Positions 1 through 8,967 of a stretch of DNA of 37,336 nucleotides are shown here, in pieces. Under the pieces are notes generated by a model, which searched no databases, was not told the origin of the DNA, and saw only the letters and a program-made list of their open reading frames with translations. Source of the stretch: a virus; UHGV virus genome UHGV-1375320, one strand, 5' to 3'. The first letter of the stretch is position 1; the number at the start of each line of letters is the position of its first letter. The position numbers were made by a program, and so were the translations under genes.

Positions 1-882
1 AGTTATTCCAGATATGATAACAATGACAATTACAAGCTAGTAACAAATCAAAAAGTTATTGCTCAAGTACATCAAGAATTAATCTTAATACTTAGAAGCA
101 TAACAGGGGAACTTGTAAATGGAGAAGATATTAGAGTAGTCAGTCTGGACTTATCAAACCAATTAGAAGTTGAGAACATTAGAAATTATTATCAAGTTTT
201 AAATTTGATATATAGAGCATATAAAAATATCTTTCCAACTTCAAGAATGTATTTTGATACAGATAATAAAAAAAGATTAGAACTTGATGGAGTAGACTTT
301 AAAGAGAGAGGGAAAAAGTCCAGAGAAACAACTAGCTATTTTAAAATCTATTCCAAAAGAAAAGAGATGGAAGATACAGGAAAAGAGGTAGCTAAAAAAA
401 GACAAGCATTAAGAGGAGAGTTGACGCTAAGACCTCCACACCTCAAGACCTATAACTTAAATCATTTAGGTGGAATAACTAAAGATAATCTAGCTGCAGC
501 ACTTAGAAAAACAATAGGAGCAATACTTACAGAGCAGATAGTCAAAGAGTTAAACTATGACATCGCAGAATTAAAAAAGATAGTTGTTCCAGGAACTAAG
601 GGGTTAGCAGAAAGACTTATGATGAAAGAGTATTTAATATTCGATACTAGATTATTAGATATTACAGTAACAGACAAGTTATTAGGAGCAACACAAAGAA
701 CTGCAAGAAGACAGAAAAAGAAAGTTATTGAAAAGCTGGAAGAGTTAGAAAAACTTGGAGAGATTAAAAAGTCTTATTCCAAGAACTTTGAAAGATTGGA
801 AAAACTACTCAAAAAAATAGCTAAAGTTAGTATAAAAATAAGACTAGGAGAAGAGGGGGCAGAGTTAGAATGGCAGGAATAA
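1..882 (+). CDS. Putative replication initiation protein, Rep_trans-like (5'-truncated; frame open from window edge)
   Basis: Frame 1 has no stop from nt 1 to TAA at 880-882; the ORF track only begins at the first Met (205). The block TSYFKIYSKRKEM...RGELTLR resembles the conserved Rep_trans 'Y.RIYDK..E....R.E.ELR' region. The C-terminal LGATQRTARRQKKKVIEKL resembles a sigma region-4-type HTH. It overlaps the terS start by 13 nt. Confidence 0.3.
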   Translation, partial: SYSRYDNNDNYKLVTNQKVIAQVHQELILILRSITGELVNGEDIRVVSLDLSNQLEVENIRNYYQVLNLIYRAYKNIFPTSRMYFDTDNKKRLELDGVDFKERGKKSRETTSYFKIYSKRKEMEDTGKEVAKKRQALRGELTLRPPHLKTYNLNHLGGITKDNLAAALRKTIGAILTEQIVKELNYDIAELKKIVVPGTKGLAERLMMKEYLIFDTRLLDITVTDKLLGATQRTARRQKKKVIEKLEELEKLGEIKKSYSKNFERLEKLLKKIAKVSIKIRLGEEGAELEWQE

Positions 883-1358
883 CCAAAGAGCAAGAAGAGA
901 AGTTCATATCATCATTTCTAGTTTGCAAAAATGGACTTAAAGCCATGCAAGCTGCTGGAATCCCATTCGACCTAAAGCTAATGCACAAGCTAATGAGTAG
1001 CAAGAAGATTAACAAGCAAATAGAGGAACACTTGGAAATGGTGGACTTTATGCTTGGAAGAGATAAAATGGGACACTTAGCAATAATGCAAGGGCTATTT
1101 GAACAGGCAGCAGGACTAGAAGATACAAAGATTATAAGACTTACAGACAAAGGACTACTAGAAAAAACAGGGAAATTTGTAGATTTTAAAGCAGCAGTTC
1201 AACTGTCGCAAAGAATAGAAACTCTGGCAGGCTGGGACAAGCAAGGTGGAACTAATAACATTGAGGTTTCATTAGAGCTGGGAGAAAAGACAGAGGACAA
1301 GCAAGAGCAAAGAGATGACAAGACTAAGAAATTCTTACAAGTTGAGGGGGTTGTGTAA
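870..1358 (+). CDS. Terminase small subunit (Terminase_2/P27-like)
   Basis: 162 aa. The N-terminus MAGITKEQEEKFISSFLVCKNGLKAMQAAGIP fits the TerS pattern 'LT.KQ..F...Y....N.T.AA..AGYS'. Size and position at the head of the morphogenesis block support the call. Confidence 0.5.
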   Translation: MAGITKEQEEKFISSFLVCKNGLKAMQAAGIPFDLKLMHKLMSSKKINKQIEEHLEMVDFMLGRDKMGHLAIMQGLFEQAAGLEDTKIIRLTDKGLLEKTGKFVDFKAAVQLSQRIETLAGWDKQGGTNNIEVSLELGEKTEDKQEQRDDKTKKFLQVEGVV

Positions 1359-1838
1359 ATGCTTGAGGGAGTATCAAGAGAAGATAAAGCTTTTCTAGTG
1401 CTAAAAGAAATACTAGAAGAGGAGCAACAAGCAAACATTGAAAAATATAAGTTTTTCACAGGTTCATTAGATGACCTAAATATAAAAGTGCTAGATGAAC
1501 TGATGATGTTATCTATCCATGATGGACACATAGTAGGTTATATGGGCTGTATCTATAACATACCACATGACAAAATAATATCATTAGACTTTATTTTTCT
1601 AGGAGATAACCTCACAGAGAGAAAAGAGTTCTTAGATGATTTCGCTAAATTTTGTAGTATGCTTGATAAACTCTATAAAAAAATAGAATTAAATATAGTT
1701 CCAGAAAGTCCAGCATATAAACTGGCTATGAAATTTTTCAAAAGATATAACTTTAGAAAAGTTGGGACTTTTAGAAAAGCAAGAAAAATCCTTGATAAAT
1801 TCTATGATGTAGAAGCATGGGAAAAGGAGGAGAGATAA
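1359..1838 (+). CDS. Hypothetical protein (weak GNAT-fold resemblance)
   Basis: 159 aa. The ATG immediately follows the terS stop and is preceded by a GAGGGGG RBS. IHDGHIVGYMGC...ISLDFIFL and KLAMKFFKRYNFRKVG loosely resemble GNAT beta-strands and the C-terminal helix, but no Q/RxxGxG/A motif is present. Confidence 0.3.
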   Translation: MLEGVSREDKAFLVLKEILEEEQQANIEKYKFFTGSLDDLNIKVLDELMMLSIHDGHIVGYMGCIYNIPHDKIISLDFIFLGDNLTERKEFLDDFAKFCSMLDKLYKKIELNIVPESPAYKLAMKFFKRYNFRKVGTFRKARKILDKFYDVEAWEKEER

Positions 1839-1839
1839 T

Positions 1840-2115
1840 ATAAAATTTAAACCAAATATCCAATTGTTTGGTGGTGGTGGAAATGTATTAGGAGGACTTG
1901 TTGATACCATTACGCTTGGAGCTACTGACTTTAGTGGTACTAAAAAGCAGCAAAAGAGAATGGAAGAGGAACTAAAAAAACAAAGAGAGGCAGAGGCTAA
2001 AAAGCAGCAAGCCGAAAAAGATAAGCAAAGAAACACTGCGATACAATTCCAAGAAAGCCTAAGACAAGGTAATCTAGGACTACTAAAGAAAAGTAGCACC
2101 CAGACAATAGGATAA
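1840..2115 (+). CDS. Small Gly-rich, highly charged protein with an L27-like (Prp-cleavage) N-terminal motif; probable non-canonical start
   Basis: The ORF track starts it at TTG 1864 (MFGGGG...). The same frame upstream encodes I-KFKPNIQLF-GGGG, which matches the N-termini of the scaffold (KFKFNIQLFGG) and capsid protein (GFNIQLFAG). The only in-frame initiation candidate with an RBS (GGAGGAG at 1826-1832, 9-nt spacer) is ATA at 1840. The stop is at 2113-2115. Confidence 0.35.
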   Translation: MKFKPNIQLFGGGGNVLGGLVDTITLGATDFSGTKKQQKRMEEELKKQREAEAKKQQAEKDKQRNTAIQFQESLRQGNLGLLKKSSTQTIG

Positions 2116-2124
2116 GGAGATACT

Positions 2125-3636
2125 ATGGAAGATAGAATTAAAAATCTATTTCGTAGTAGATTCCAGGAGGCACAACAGGAAAGAAATGTAATACTAGCTT
2201 GGTATTTGAAAGCTAGAGCACATTTTCTACCAAGAGAAATTAATTTAAATGGTGTAGACAGTACAGGACTAGCATATGCTACTAAGTTAGCTAACAAGTT
2301 ATCAGCTATGATACTTAATAGTAATCATATCTGGGCTTGGATAGAAACACCAAGGTTTGAAGATATATCAAGAGATGACAAGATTATCTTTAGACACATA
2401 ACAGAAATAGTATTTGATGAGATTCAAGAAAATTCGAACTTTGAAACAGAGAAAGCTGTAATTCTTATGGACTACCTAATAGGAACGGCAGTATTCAAAG
2501 TTAGATTTACTGGTAAAATTGCAAATCCTGTGGAATTTCAACCAGTACCCAATATAAATGTTTATCTTACTAAAAGAAGAGGTAAACAACCTGGAGATAC
2601 ATTCTACAATGCAGGTAAAGTGAGAAAACATCAGATTCTTAATCTTTTTGGAGAAAATGCTTATAACTCTGAAAAGGTTCAAAGAATGTCACAAGATGAT
2701 GAGATAGAGTTGTGGGAAGGCACAATATACGACCAAGAAACTAAAATGTTTCACTATGTAGTATCTACTTCAAATGAGTTTGCAGACGTTTTAGATTATA
2801 GGATAGACACTTACAATCCGTGGATAGTTGCAAGATATGAAAGTATTGGAGATAGTCCATATGGTATAGGACCTTGTGTTAAAGCGATAATGGAGATTGA
2901 GGGGCTAAAAGAAGTTAAAGCTAACATCAGACGTATTGCTAAGAAACAAGCTAGACCAAGTTATCTGGGGTATGGAGAGGCTAAATATATTCAGAACTCA
3001 AGAATAGATGAGCCAGGAGCTATATCTATGATGGGAATGTCGCCAAATCAAAATCAGATAATACCTTTCAACAGGGGAGAGAATGCTAACATGGAGTTCT
3101 TTAATCTTGATATGTACAAAGAACTTTTGAGAGATATATTCTATATCAACATATTTGAAACGGCTCAAAACTTAGACCAGCTAAAGAATGTTACTGCTAC
3201 AACAACACAGCTAGTAACAACAGAGTTCGCTAAGCAAATAGAGCCAACCTATGCACTAATGCAAAGGGAACTTTTAAGAGAGATAGTTATAAAAGTTTTC
3301 CAATGTCTACAAAAGATTAGCATTATAGATATATCTAAAATTAAAGCTTTACAGGAAAACCCAAGATTAAAGATAAGATTCTACAATGCACTAACAATAG
3401 CACAAGACCAAGACGACCTTGAAAGAAATATGTTGTATTTTCAAAATATAGCAAGCACTCTAGGACCTGAAGTTGCAGCAGCTAATATGAACCAAGCAGA
3501 ATACATAAATGCTCAACAAAAAAGGTTTAGAATCAATAACAAAGAGTGGAAATCTGGAGAGGAAACAGAAAAGCAAGTTGAGGAAATGAACGTTATGATA
3601 GCTGCACAACAACAAGGGGGAATGATAGGACAATGA
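2125..3636 (+). CDS. Putative portal protein
   Basis: 503 aa. It has an AAGGAG RBS and sits between terS and scaffold/MCP, which is the canonical portal position. The size matches podoviral/T7-type portals (~500-540 aa). No direct motif confirmation. Confidence 0.45.
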   Translation: MEDRIKNLFRSRFQEAQQERNVILAWYLKARAHFLPREINLNGVDSTGLAYATKLANKLSAMILNSNHIWAWIETPRFEDISRDDKIIFRHITEIVFDEIQENSNFETEKAVILMDYLIGTAVFKVRFTGKIANPVEFQPVPNINVYLTKRRGKQPGDTFYNAGKVRKHQILNLFGENAYNSEKVQRMSQDDEIELWEGTIYDQETKMFHYVVSTSNEFADVLDYRIDTYNPWIVARYESIGDSPYGIGPCVKAIMEIEGLKEVKANIRRIAKKQARPSYLGYGEAKYIQNSRIDEPGAISMMGMSPNQNQIIPFNRGENANMEFFNLDMYKELLRDIFYINIFETAQNLDQLKNVTATTTQLVTTEFAKQIEPTYALMQRELLREIVIKVFQCLQKISIIDISKIKALQENPRLKIRFYNALTIAQDQDDLERNMLYFQNIASTLGPEVAAANMNQAEYINAQQKRFRINNKEWKSGEETEKQVEEMNVMIAAQQQGGMIGQ

Positions 3637-3854
3637 CAGAAGAGAGAAAAGAGTACGAAGAGTTAAAAAGAAGATACAGAGATGATAGAGCTTTAAAAAG
3701 ACTAATCGAACTATACTTAATGCTCGAACTCAATAGAGTTTCTATCATGAACGACAAAGGAGTTGATACAGTAGGAAAAGTGAAGGAAATAACTGGAGTA
3801 AACAGTTTATACATGGAGATATTCACGAAGGAGGTAAAAGAAGAAAATGACTGA
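3633..3854 (+). CDS. Hypothetical small protein
   Basis: 73 aa, charged. It overlaps the portal stop (4 nt) and the scaffold start (8 nt), as expected for translational coupling. Confidence 0.3.
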   Translation: MTEERKEYEELKRRYRDDRALKRLIELYLMLELNRVSIMNDKGVDTVGKVKEITGVNSLYMEIFTKEVKEEND

Positions 3855-4506
3855 TAAAGAAAGATTTAAATTTAATATCCAATTATTTGGGGGAGCAGAG
3901 GGAGGAGATACAGGAGGAGAACCTACACCAAATCCAGAGCCAACAGTAAATACAGGAGCTGGGGGAGAACCACCACAACCAAGTGGAGATAATGGAGCAG
4001 GGGCAGAACCTAAAGTAGAGCCATTAACTTGGGAAGGAATAAAAGCAGAAGATTACCAAGAGATTGGAGATATAGCACCATATATCGCAGAGGCTCAAGA
4101 AAAAGGTTACACTCCAGAGTACATTAAATCAAGACTAGATGATAGAAAAGCTTATCTAGCAGAACAAAAAGCAGCTTTCACTCCAGAACTTAATGCAAGT
4201 ATGGAAGCAATAAACAATTTCATAGGAGCAGAGAAAGACACAGATAGACAGATAGTATATAGAGCTATGGCAGAAAATGCAATAGGAGCTCAAATCCTAA
4301 AGGAATACATAGAAATGAAAGCAGGAAGTACAGGAAGTGTAGTAGGAGTTGGAGCACCAACAGGACAAATGTATACTAGAAAGGAATTTATAGAGGCTTA
4401 CAATAAAGCTAAAGACACAAATGATAATAGATTAATGGATTCATTGAAAACTTATGCAAGAAGCAAAAAAGAAACAGACCCATACTTTTGGGATTTTATA
4501 AACTAA
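3847..4506 (+). CDS. Putative scaffolding protein with Prp-cleavage motif
   Basis: 219 aa. N-terminus MTDKERFKFNIQLF|GGAEGG. A low-complexity Gly/Pro/Glu-rich linker is followed by a helical acidic domain. It lies immediately upstream of the major capsid gene. Composition and size are like the Staphylococcus phage 80alpha scaffold. Confidence 0.55.
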   Translation: MTDKERFKFNIQLFGGAEGGDTGGEPTPNPEPTVNTGAGGEPPQPSGDNGAGAEPKVEPLTWEGIKAEDYQEIGDIAPYIAEAQEKGYTPEYIKSRLDDRKAYLAEQKAAFTPELNASMEAINNFIGAEKDTDRQIVYRAMAENAIGAQILKEYIEMKAGSTGSVVGVGAPTGQMYTRKEFIEAYNKAKDTNDNRLMDSLKTYARSKKETDPYFWDFIN

Positions 4507-4525
4507 GATTTTTAAGGAGGAATAC

Positions 4526-5560
4526 TTGAGAAATGAAAAAACTTTACTAGGAAGCACAGGATTTAATATCCAACTATTTGCTGGAACACCTAACGTAAAT
4601 TTAACAGAGGGAGAACAAGCAAAATATGTCAACAATGTTATAAGAGCAGTAGGAAAACCAGACGCAAAACCATCAGTAGAAAGATATTTTGCTAAATCTG
4701 TATCTACTAATGCTGCTTATTCTTTATTCTATGTTGGAGGAAGATTAACGGCTCGTGATAGAGTTAGCACTGAAAATCAAACAAACAAAAATTTTGATGA
4801 TGTAAAAGGAGTTACTGCAGGAAAACTTATTAAATCTGTAATGGTAATACCAACAGGTATGGAAGTTCCTTTATGGATAGAGAATACAGAGTTCGACAAA
4901 TCTCAATTAAATGAAGAATCTGCTATTCAAGAAATGCAAGTAGACGCAATTTATAATGGTAAAGATAAAAGAATATCTCAACTGTTATATAAAATTGCAA
5001 CTGAAGGAAAAAGAACTGTAAAAAATAGTGCTGGAGTAGAAACAGATTTAACAATTCCAGAAGCTAATAAATTTGGAGATGAAACAAAACTTTTCTCTGA
5101 CCCATATAACTTAAAAGAGTTTAGAAGAGCAGCAAAGAAATTAAAGAAACTTTCTAAAAATGGTAAGCGTTTAAGATGTATGATTATCGGAGAAGATGCA
5201 AGTGTTGAGCTAGATGATGAAGAAAAGTTTACAAATAAAGATTGGGTAACTATAAACGGAAGCACTCCTAATCAAACAGGAGAAACAATAGACATTTTAT
5301 TAGGAGCTAATGTTGAAGAGTTATTTACATTTGATGAAGTATTCTATCCAACAGGTTCAGAAACAACAGGTTATATTATTATGATGGTTGAACAATGTAT
5401 AGGACTAGATGATAAAAAAGCTAGTGTAAACCCAATAATAGAACACGTTTCTTGGAAAAAAGCTTGGTATTTAGACGTTGAAATTTCAAACGCAACAGAA
5501 TTATTAGACCCAGAGGGAATATTAATATTTAAATACAAGAGAGATATTCCAGCGGAATGA
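4526..5560 (+). CDS. Putative major capsid protein with Prp-cleavage motif
   Basis: 344 aa. TTG start 5 nt after AAGGAGG. N-terminus MRNEKTLLGSTGFNIQLF|AGTPN. A strong intrinsic terminator follows the gene, as is typical for a highly expressed MCP. Confidence 0.55.
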   Translation: MRNEKTLLGSTGFNIQLFAGTPNVNLTEGEQAKYVNNVIRAVGKPDAKPSVERYFAKSVSTNAAYSLFYVGGRLTARDRVSTENQTNKNFDDVKGVTAGKLIKSVMVIPTGMEVPLWIENTEFDKSQLNEESAIQEMQVDAIYNGKDKRISQLLYKIATEGKRTVKNSAGVETDLTIPEANKFGDETKLFSDPYNLKEFRRAAKKLKKLSKNGKRLRCMIIGEDASVELDDEEKFTNKDWVTINGSTPNQTGETIDILLGANVEELFTFDEVFYPTGSETTGYIIMMVEQCIGLDDKKASVNPIIEHVSWKKAWYLDVEISNATELLDPEGILIFKYKRDIPAE

Positions 5561-5654
5561 ACAGATAAACCAACATTATTAGCAGCGACAACAACAGTTA
5601 AAAGAGGACGTAAAAAAAAGGAAGCAACAATTTAATTTAACCATTACAACTGAA

Positions 5655-5686
5655 TAGAGGGATACTGCATTTTCCCTCTATTTTTT
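5655..5686 (+). terminator. Rho-independent terminator after the capsid gene
   Basis: TAGAGGG (5655-5661) / CCCTCTA (5674-5680) stem, 12-nt loop, then TTTTTT. Confidence 0.55.
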
Positions 5687-5702
5687 ATAAGGAGGAGATA
5701 AT

Positions 5703-5807
5703 ATGTCAAGATTAATAATTGAATTATTTGGAGCAGCCATTGCAGTAGCTGGTGGTTTTGTATGGGGATATAGAAAATGTAAAAGAGATTATAAGATAAA
5801 AGGATAA
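5703..5807 (+). CDS. Small hydrophobic peptide (34 aa)
   Basis: An AGGAGG RBS 7 nt upstream of the ATG. MSRLIIELFGAAIAVAGGFVWGYRKCKRDYKIKG has a single predicted TM helix. Confidence 0.3.
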   Translation: MSRLIIELFGAAIAVAGGFVWGYRKCKRDYKIKG

Positions 5808-5810
5808 AAA

Positions 5811-5930
5811 ATGGCAGTAATAACATTGATAATATCATTGGTGGTAGCTGGAATAATAGGATATTTTTTAGGATATAAAAAAGGTAAAGAAGTTCCTACT
5901 TGGATAGAAAAAGAATGGATAGCTAAATAG
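5811..5930 (+). CDS. Small hydrophobic peptide (39 aa)
   Basis: MAVITLIISLVVAGIIGYFLGYKKGKEVPTWIEKEWIAK has a single TM helix. It sits directly after the previous peptide. Confidence 0.3.
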   Translation: MAVITLIISLVVAGIIGYFLGYKKGKEVPTWIEKEWIAK

Positions 5931-5956
5931 GTAGGAACTGGTAGGAGGTAGTAGGA

Positions 5957-6385
5957 ATGAGTGGTAAATATGAAAAAATGAAAAAACTTATCCAAGATAT
6001 AGAGGGGGTAGGATTTGAATGTGAAGCTGGATATTTAAGTGGTCTTGTTGCTTGGCAAGAATTAAAAAAAGAGATTGAAGAGCTTGGGGCTATGGAAAGA
6101 CTAGAACCTCGTTGTGTAGATATAAGACTAAAAAATCATATAGAAAGAATGGAGGTGGAATTACAAGAACTAGGAGATAAAATTGAAAGATTAGCTATTT
6201 TCATAGAAAGAGAAAAAATAGAGCCTAAGTTTACAGATGAAGAGCAAAGAATTAAATTAGTATTGCAAAAAGAATATATGATTAATTATGCTGGTATTTT
6301 AAAACAAAGAATATATTGCGATACTTTAAAACTTAATAAAGACCCAGAAGTGGAAAATCATATAGAATTATTACAAAGAAAGTAA
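5957..6385 (+). CDS. Hypothetical protein (coiled-coil rich)
   Basis: 142 aa ORF with a GGAGG RBS. Followed by a CTAGAGC/GCTCTAG hairpin at 6410-6428. Confidence 0.4.
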   Translation: MSGKYEKMKKLIQDIEGVGFECEAGYLSGLVAWQELKKEIEELGAMERLEPRCVDIRLKNHIERMEVELQELGDKIERLAIFIEREKIEPKFTDEEQRIKLVLQKEYMINYAGILKQRIYCDTLKLNKDPEVENHIELLQRK

Positions 6386-6487
6386 CTTTTCTAAATAACT
6401 TACACACAAAGCTAGAGCTTATGCTCTAGTTAAAGCATTTAAAGGCTTGAATGTTTTAATTAGATTATAAGCAAAAAGGGGGTAACA

Positions 6488-6778
6488 ATGATAAATTTAG
6501 AAAGCTATAACTACATAGTAGAATCAATCAAAGAAATAGTAGTTATAAATGGAGAAGAGTATAAAAGAATGGAATTTAAAGAACCTTTTATAACTATGTA
6601 TGAGGCAGCTAGATATTTTTTTAGAATGAAACCTAAAGCTAAAAATCCTATAAAAATATTAGAAAGAGGAGCAGAGGACTGGAAAGAAATTAGTATTGAA
6701 AATTTATTAAAAAAGATAAAGAAAAATAAAACAGAAAAAGCTAGAAGAGCTTTAAAAGGAGTTGATGAAAAATGGTAG
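6488..6778 (+). CDS. Hypothetical protein
   Basis: 96 aa ORF with a GGGGG RBS, packed in a co-directional array. Confidence 0.4.
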   Translation: MINLESYNYIVESIKEIVVINGEEYKRMEFKEPFITMYEAARYFFRMKPKAKNPIKILERGAEDWKEISIENLLKKIKKNKTEKARRALKGVDEKW

Positions 6779-7107
6779 ATATTAAAGTTATGGAGGTTGT
6801 AGATACATCATTTAGAAAAAAATATAAACCTACAACTAAGTTAGTTCCTTCTGGACATCAAGTAAGTAATGCTAATGTTATCTTAAAATACAAAGATGGA
6901 GATTTAGAAATATCTATAAAACTATCTAAGAAACAAGCATTACAAGTATATTTTGATAGTGAAAAATCTCAAGGAAAATACAAAAATGTAGATTATGATA
7001 AATTCCTTGAAAAATTTGAAGCAGGACTAAGTCCGGAAGAGATAGAGGAAGCTATAAAAAAAGAACAATTACCATTTGATAAAGATAAAAAAGGAGAAAA
7101 GAAATAA
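6772..7107 (+). CDS. Hypothetical protein
   Basis: 111 aa ORF overlapping the previous stop. Confidence 0.4.
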   Translation: MVDIKVMEVVDTSFRKKYKPTTKLVPSGHQVSNANVILKYKDGDLEISIKLSKKQALQVYFDSEKSQGKYKNVDYDKFLEKFEAGLSPEEIEEAIKKEQLPFDKDKKGEKK

Positions 7108-7370
7108 TGAGTGGAATGATATATAGAAATATTGAAAGTAATTTCAGAGTAAAAGCAGTATTTTTTAATGGTAAAAACCATAAGGAAGTAGCAGAGGTAT
7201 TATCAGACCATCAAGTCAGAAAAGTTGAGGACTGTATAATGATAGATTATGAGAAAGTAGAACCTAACAACTATATCTATACAGGCTTTGACAGTGTAGA
7301 GTGGTTTGTAAATCCACCTAAAATATTTAATAAGAAGTTTCAGAAAGACAAGTGGGAACAGGAGGCGTAA
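7107..7370 (+). CDS. Hypothetical protein
   Basis: 87 aa ORF with ATGA start/stop overlap. Confidence 0.4.
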   Translation: MSGMIYRNIESNFRVKAVFFNGKNHKEVAEVLSDHQVRKVEDCIMIDYEKVEPNNYIYTGFDSVEWFVNPPKIFNKKFQKDKWEQEA

Positions 7371-7371
7371 T

Positions 7372-7686
7372 ATGGTAAAAGTAAAATTTAAAAGCGACCC
7401 ACATTTTTACATAAAAGAAAAGAGTGGAATAAAAAATAATACAGTAAGAATATATGAGAAATTTTCAGAAGTAGATGAGAAAGATGAGGGATTTGCTATA
7501 TTAAAGCAAATGTATAAGAAACAATTAGAGAATGAAAATAAGTTACCAGATGATGAGGAATTATACATTGAAATAGTAAAAGCAAGTTCTGGAGAAAGTT
7601 TTATCAGAAAAATAAGAGATATAACAATTTTTGAAAATAATTTTGAAATGATTTTTATAATAACTTGGGAACATGAAGAGGTGTAA
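7372..7686 (+). CDS. Hypothetical protein
   Basis: 104 aa ORF, tightly packed. Confidence 0.4.
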   Translation: MVKVKFKSDPHFYIKEKSGIKNNTVRIYEKFSEVDEKDEGFAILKQMYKKQLENENKLPDDEELYIEIVKASSGESFIRKIRDITIFENNFEMIFIITWEHEEV

Positions 7687-7688
7687 TT

Positions 7689-8195
7689 ATGACATTAGAT
7701 GAAAAATACTTAAATGAACAGGCAGATAGCGTAATAATTGAAGAGAGCGGTTGTTATACAGGAGTTATAACAAAGGCAGAGTTATTTGAGGCAGGAGATA
7801 GCAAGGCAGTAGCATTAAATCTTACAATAAAGGTAAATGAAGATATATTGCCTCTAAGTCTTTTCTTTAAAGCTAAAGATGGAAAAGATATAGCATTTAA
7901 TTTAAGACACATAGCACATCTTATGTATTTAACTAAGCACAAACCAGAACTAAATCCAGTAGTTAGAGGAGAGAAATTGGTTATTGAAGAACTTGAAGGT
8001 GCAGGTATTGGAGTTATAGTTGAATGTAAACAAAATGATGGAAGAGTAGAAAGAAGAATCCAAACTTTTGTAGATATGAAATATAAAAGAACTGCAAAGG
8101 AAAATAAAGATGGTGTTGATATTCCAGTAACTTGGAATAAATATCGTGAAAAGTATGGAAAGGTAGTAGAACATGATGATGAGTTTCCATTCTAG
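7689..8195 (+). CDS. Hypothetical protein
   Basis: 168 aa ORF with a GAGGTG RBS. Confidence 0.4.
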   Translation: MTLDEKYLNEQADSVIIEESGCYTGVITKAELFEAGDSKAVALNLTIKVNEDILPLSLFFKAKDGKDIAFNLRHIAHLMYLTKHKPELNPVVRGEKLVIEELEGAGIGVIVECKQNDGRVERRIQTFVDMKYKRTAKENKDGVDIPVTWNKYREKYGKVVEHDDEFPF

Positions 8196-8216
8196 GAGAG
8201 GAGGAAAGAAATTAAA

Positions 8217-8642
8217 ATGTTACACGGTATTACTGGCTTATCTCATGGCTTATTCAAAAATAATAAAGAAAAAATGGAAGAAGCAAGAAGAAAAGATTTT
8301 GAAAAATACACTGGAGCAAAACAAGTAAATACTAAAGTAAAAAATGATAAATTAATAAAATCGAATCCAGATATAAAACTCTTATTAGAAAACCAAAGTG
8401 TTGACGTCAACAAAATGATAGCAGTAGAGGAATTATCAGAGTTGCAAAAAGAAATCTGTAAGGATTTAAGAGGTTTTGATAGGAGAGGAGAGATAAAAGA
8501 AGAGATGGCAGACGTTTATATCTGCCTCCAACTTTTAAAAGAAATTTATAACTTTGATGATGAAGAGTTAGAAGAAGAGTATAAAAGAAAAATGGATAGG
8601 AATATAAAAAGAATCAAAGTCAAAAACAAGGAGATGAAATGA
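8217..8642 (+). CDS. MazG-like nucleoside triphosphate pyrophosphohydrolase domain protein
   Basis: 141 aa. AVEELSELQKE...EEMADVYICLQLLKEIYNFDDEELEEEYKRKMDRN matches the MazG 'EE.GEL....E..D.L..L..LA...G.D' helical metal-binding pattern. Confidence 0.4.
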   Translation: MLHGITGLSHGLFKNNKEKMEEARRKDFEKYTGAKQVNTKVKNDKLIKSNPDIKLLLENQSVDVNKMIAVEELSELQKEICKDLRGFDRRGEIKEEMADVYICLQLLKEIYNFDDEELEEEYKRKMDRNIKRIKVKNKEMK

Positions 8643-8718
8643 CAAGATCTAAAATTATATTAATGTTAGTAGTAGCAGTAATAGTAATTGATGTATTACA
8701 AAAGATAAGGGGGTAGAG

Positions 8719-8949
8719 TTGGAAAAAGTAAAAAATAAAGATTTAATCAATTACAACCCTAAATATCATTTTAATCATAATAAACCTTGGACAAGTAAAG
8801 ACTTAGAGTATGCACTAGATTATAGAAATGATTTAAAAGATATTAGTTTGAAACTGGGTAGAACTATAAGTTCTATATTGCAAAAAAGAAAATTACAAAG
8901 ATTTTGGAAAGAAGCAGATAAATACTCAAGAGTTAAAATTATACCTTGA
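8719..8949 (+). CDS. Hypothetical protein
   Basis: 76 aa. TTG start with an AAGGGGG RBS. Confidence 0.3.
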   Translation: MEKVKNKDLINYNPKYHFNHNKPWTSKDLEYALDYRNDLKDISLKLGRTISSILQKRKLQRFWKEADKYSRVKIIP

Positions 8950-8967
8950 GGTATAAAAGGTGGATAA

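Noticed and set aside
827-2297. Minus-strand ORFs 827-1150, 1199-1531 and 1689-2297 (hydrophobic, Ser/Cys/Phe-rich)
   Set aside because: They lie entirely antisense to well-supported plus-strand genes. They have the typical composition of reverse-frame translation of AT-rich, purine-rich coding DNA, and no RBS was noted.
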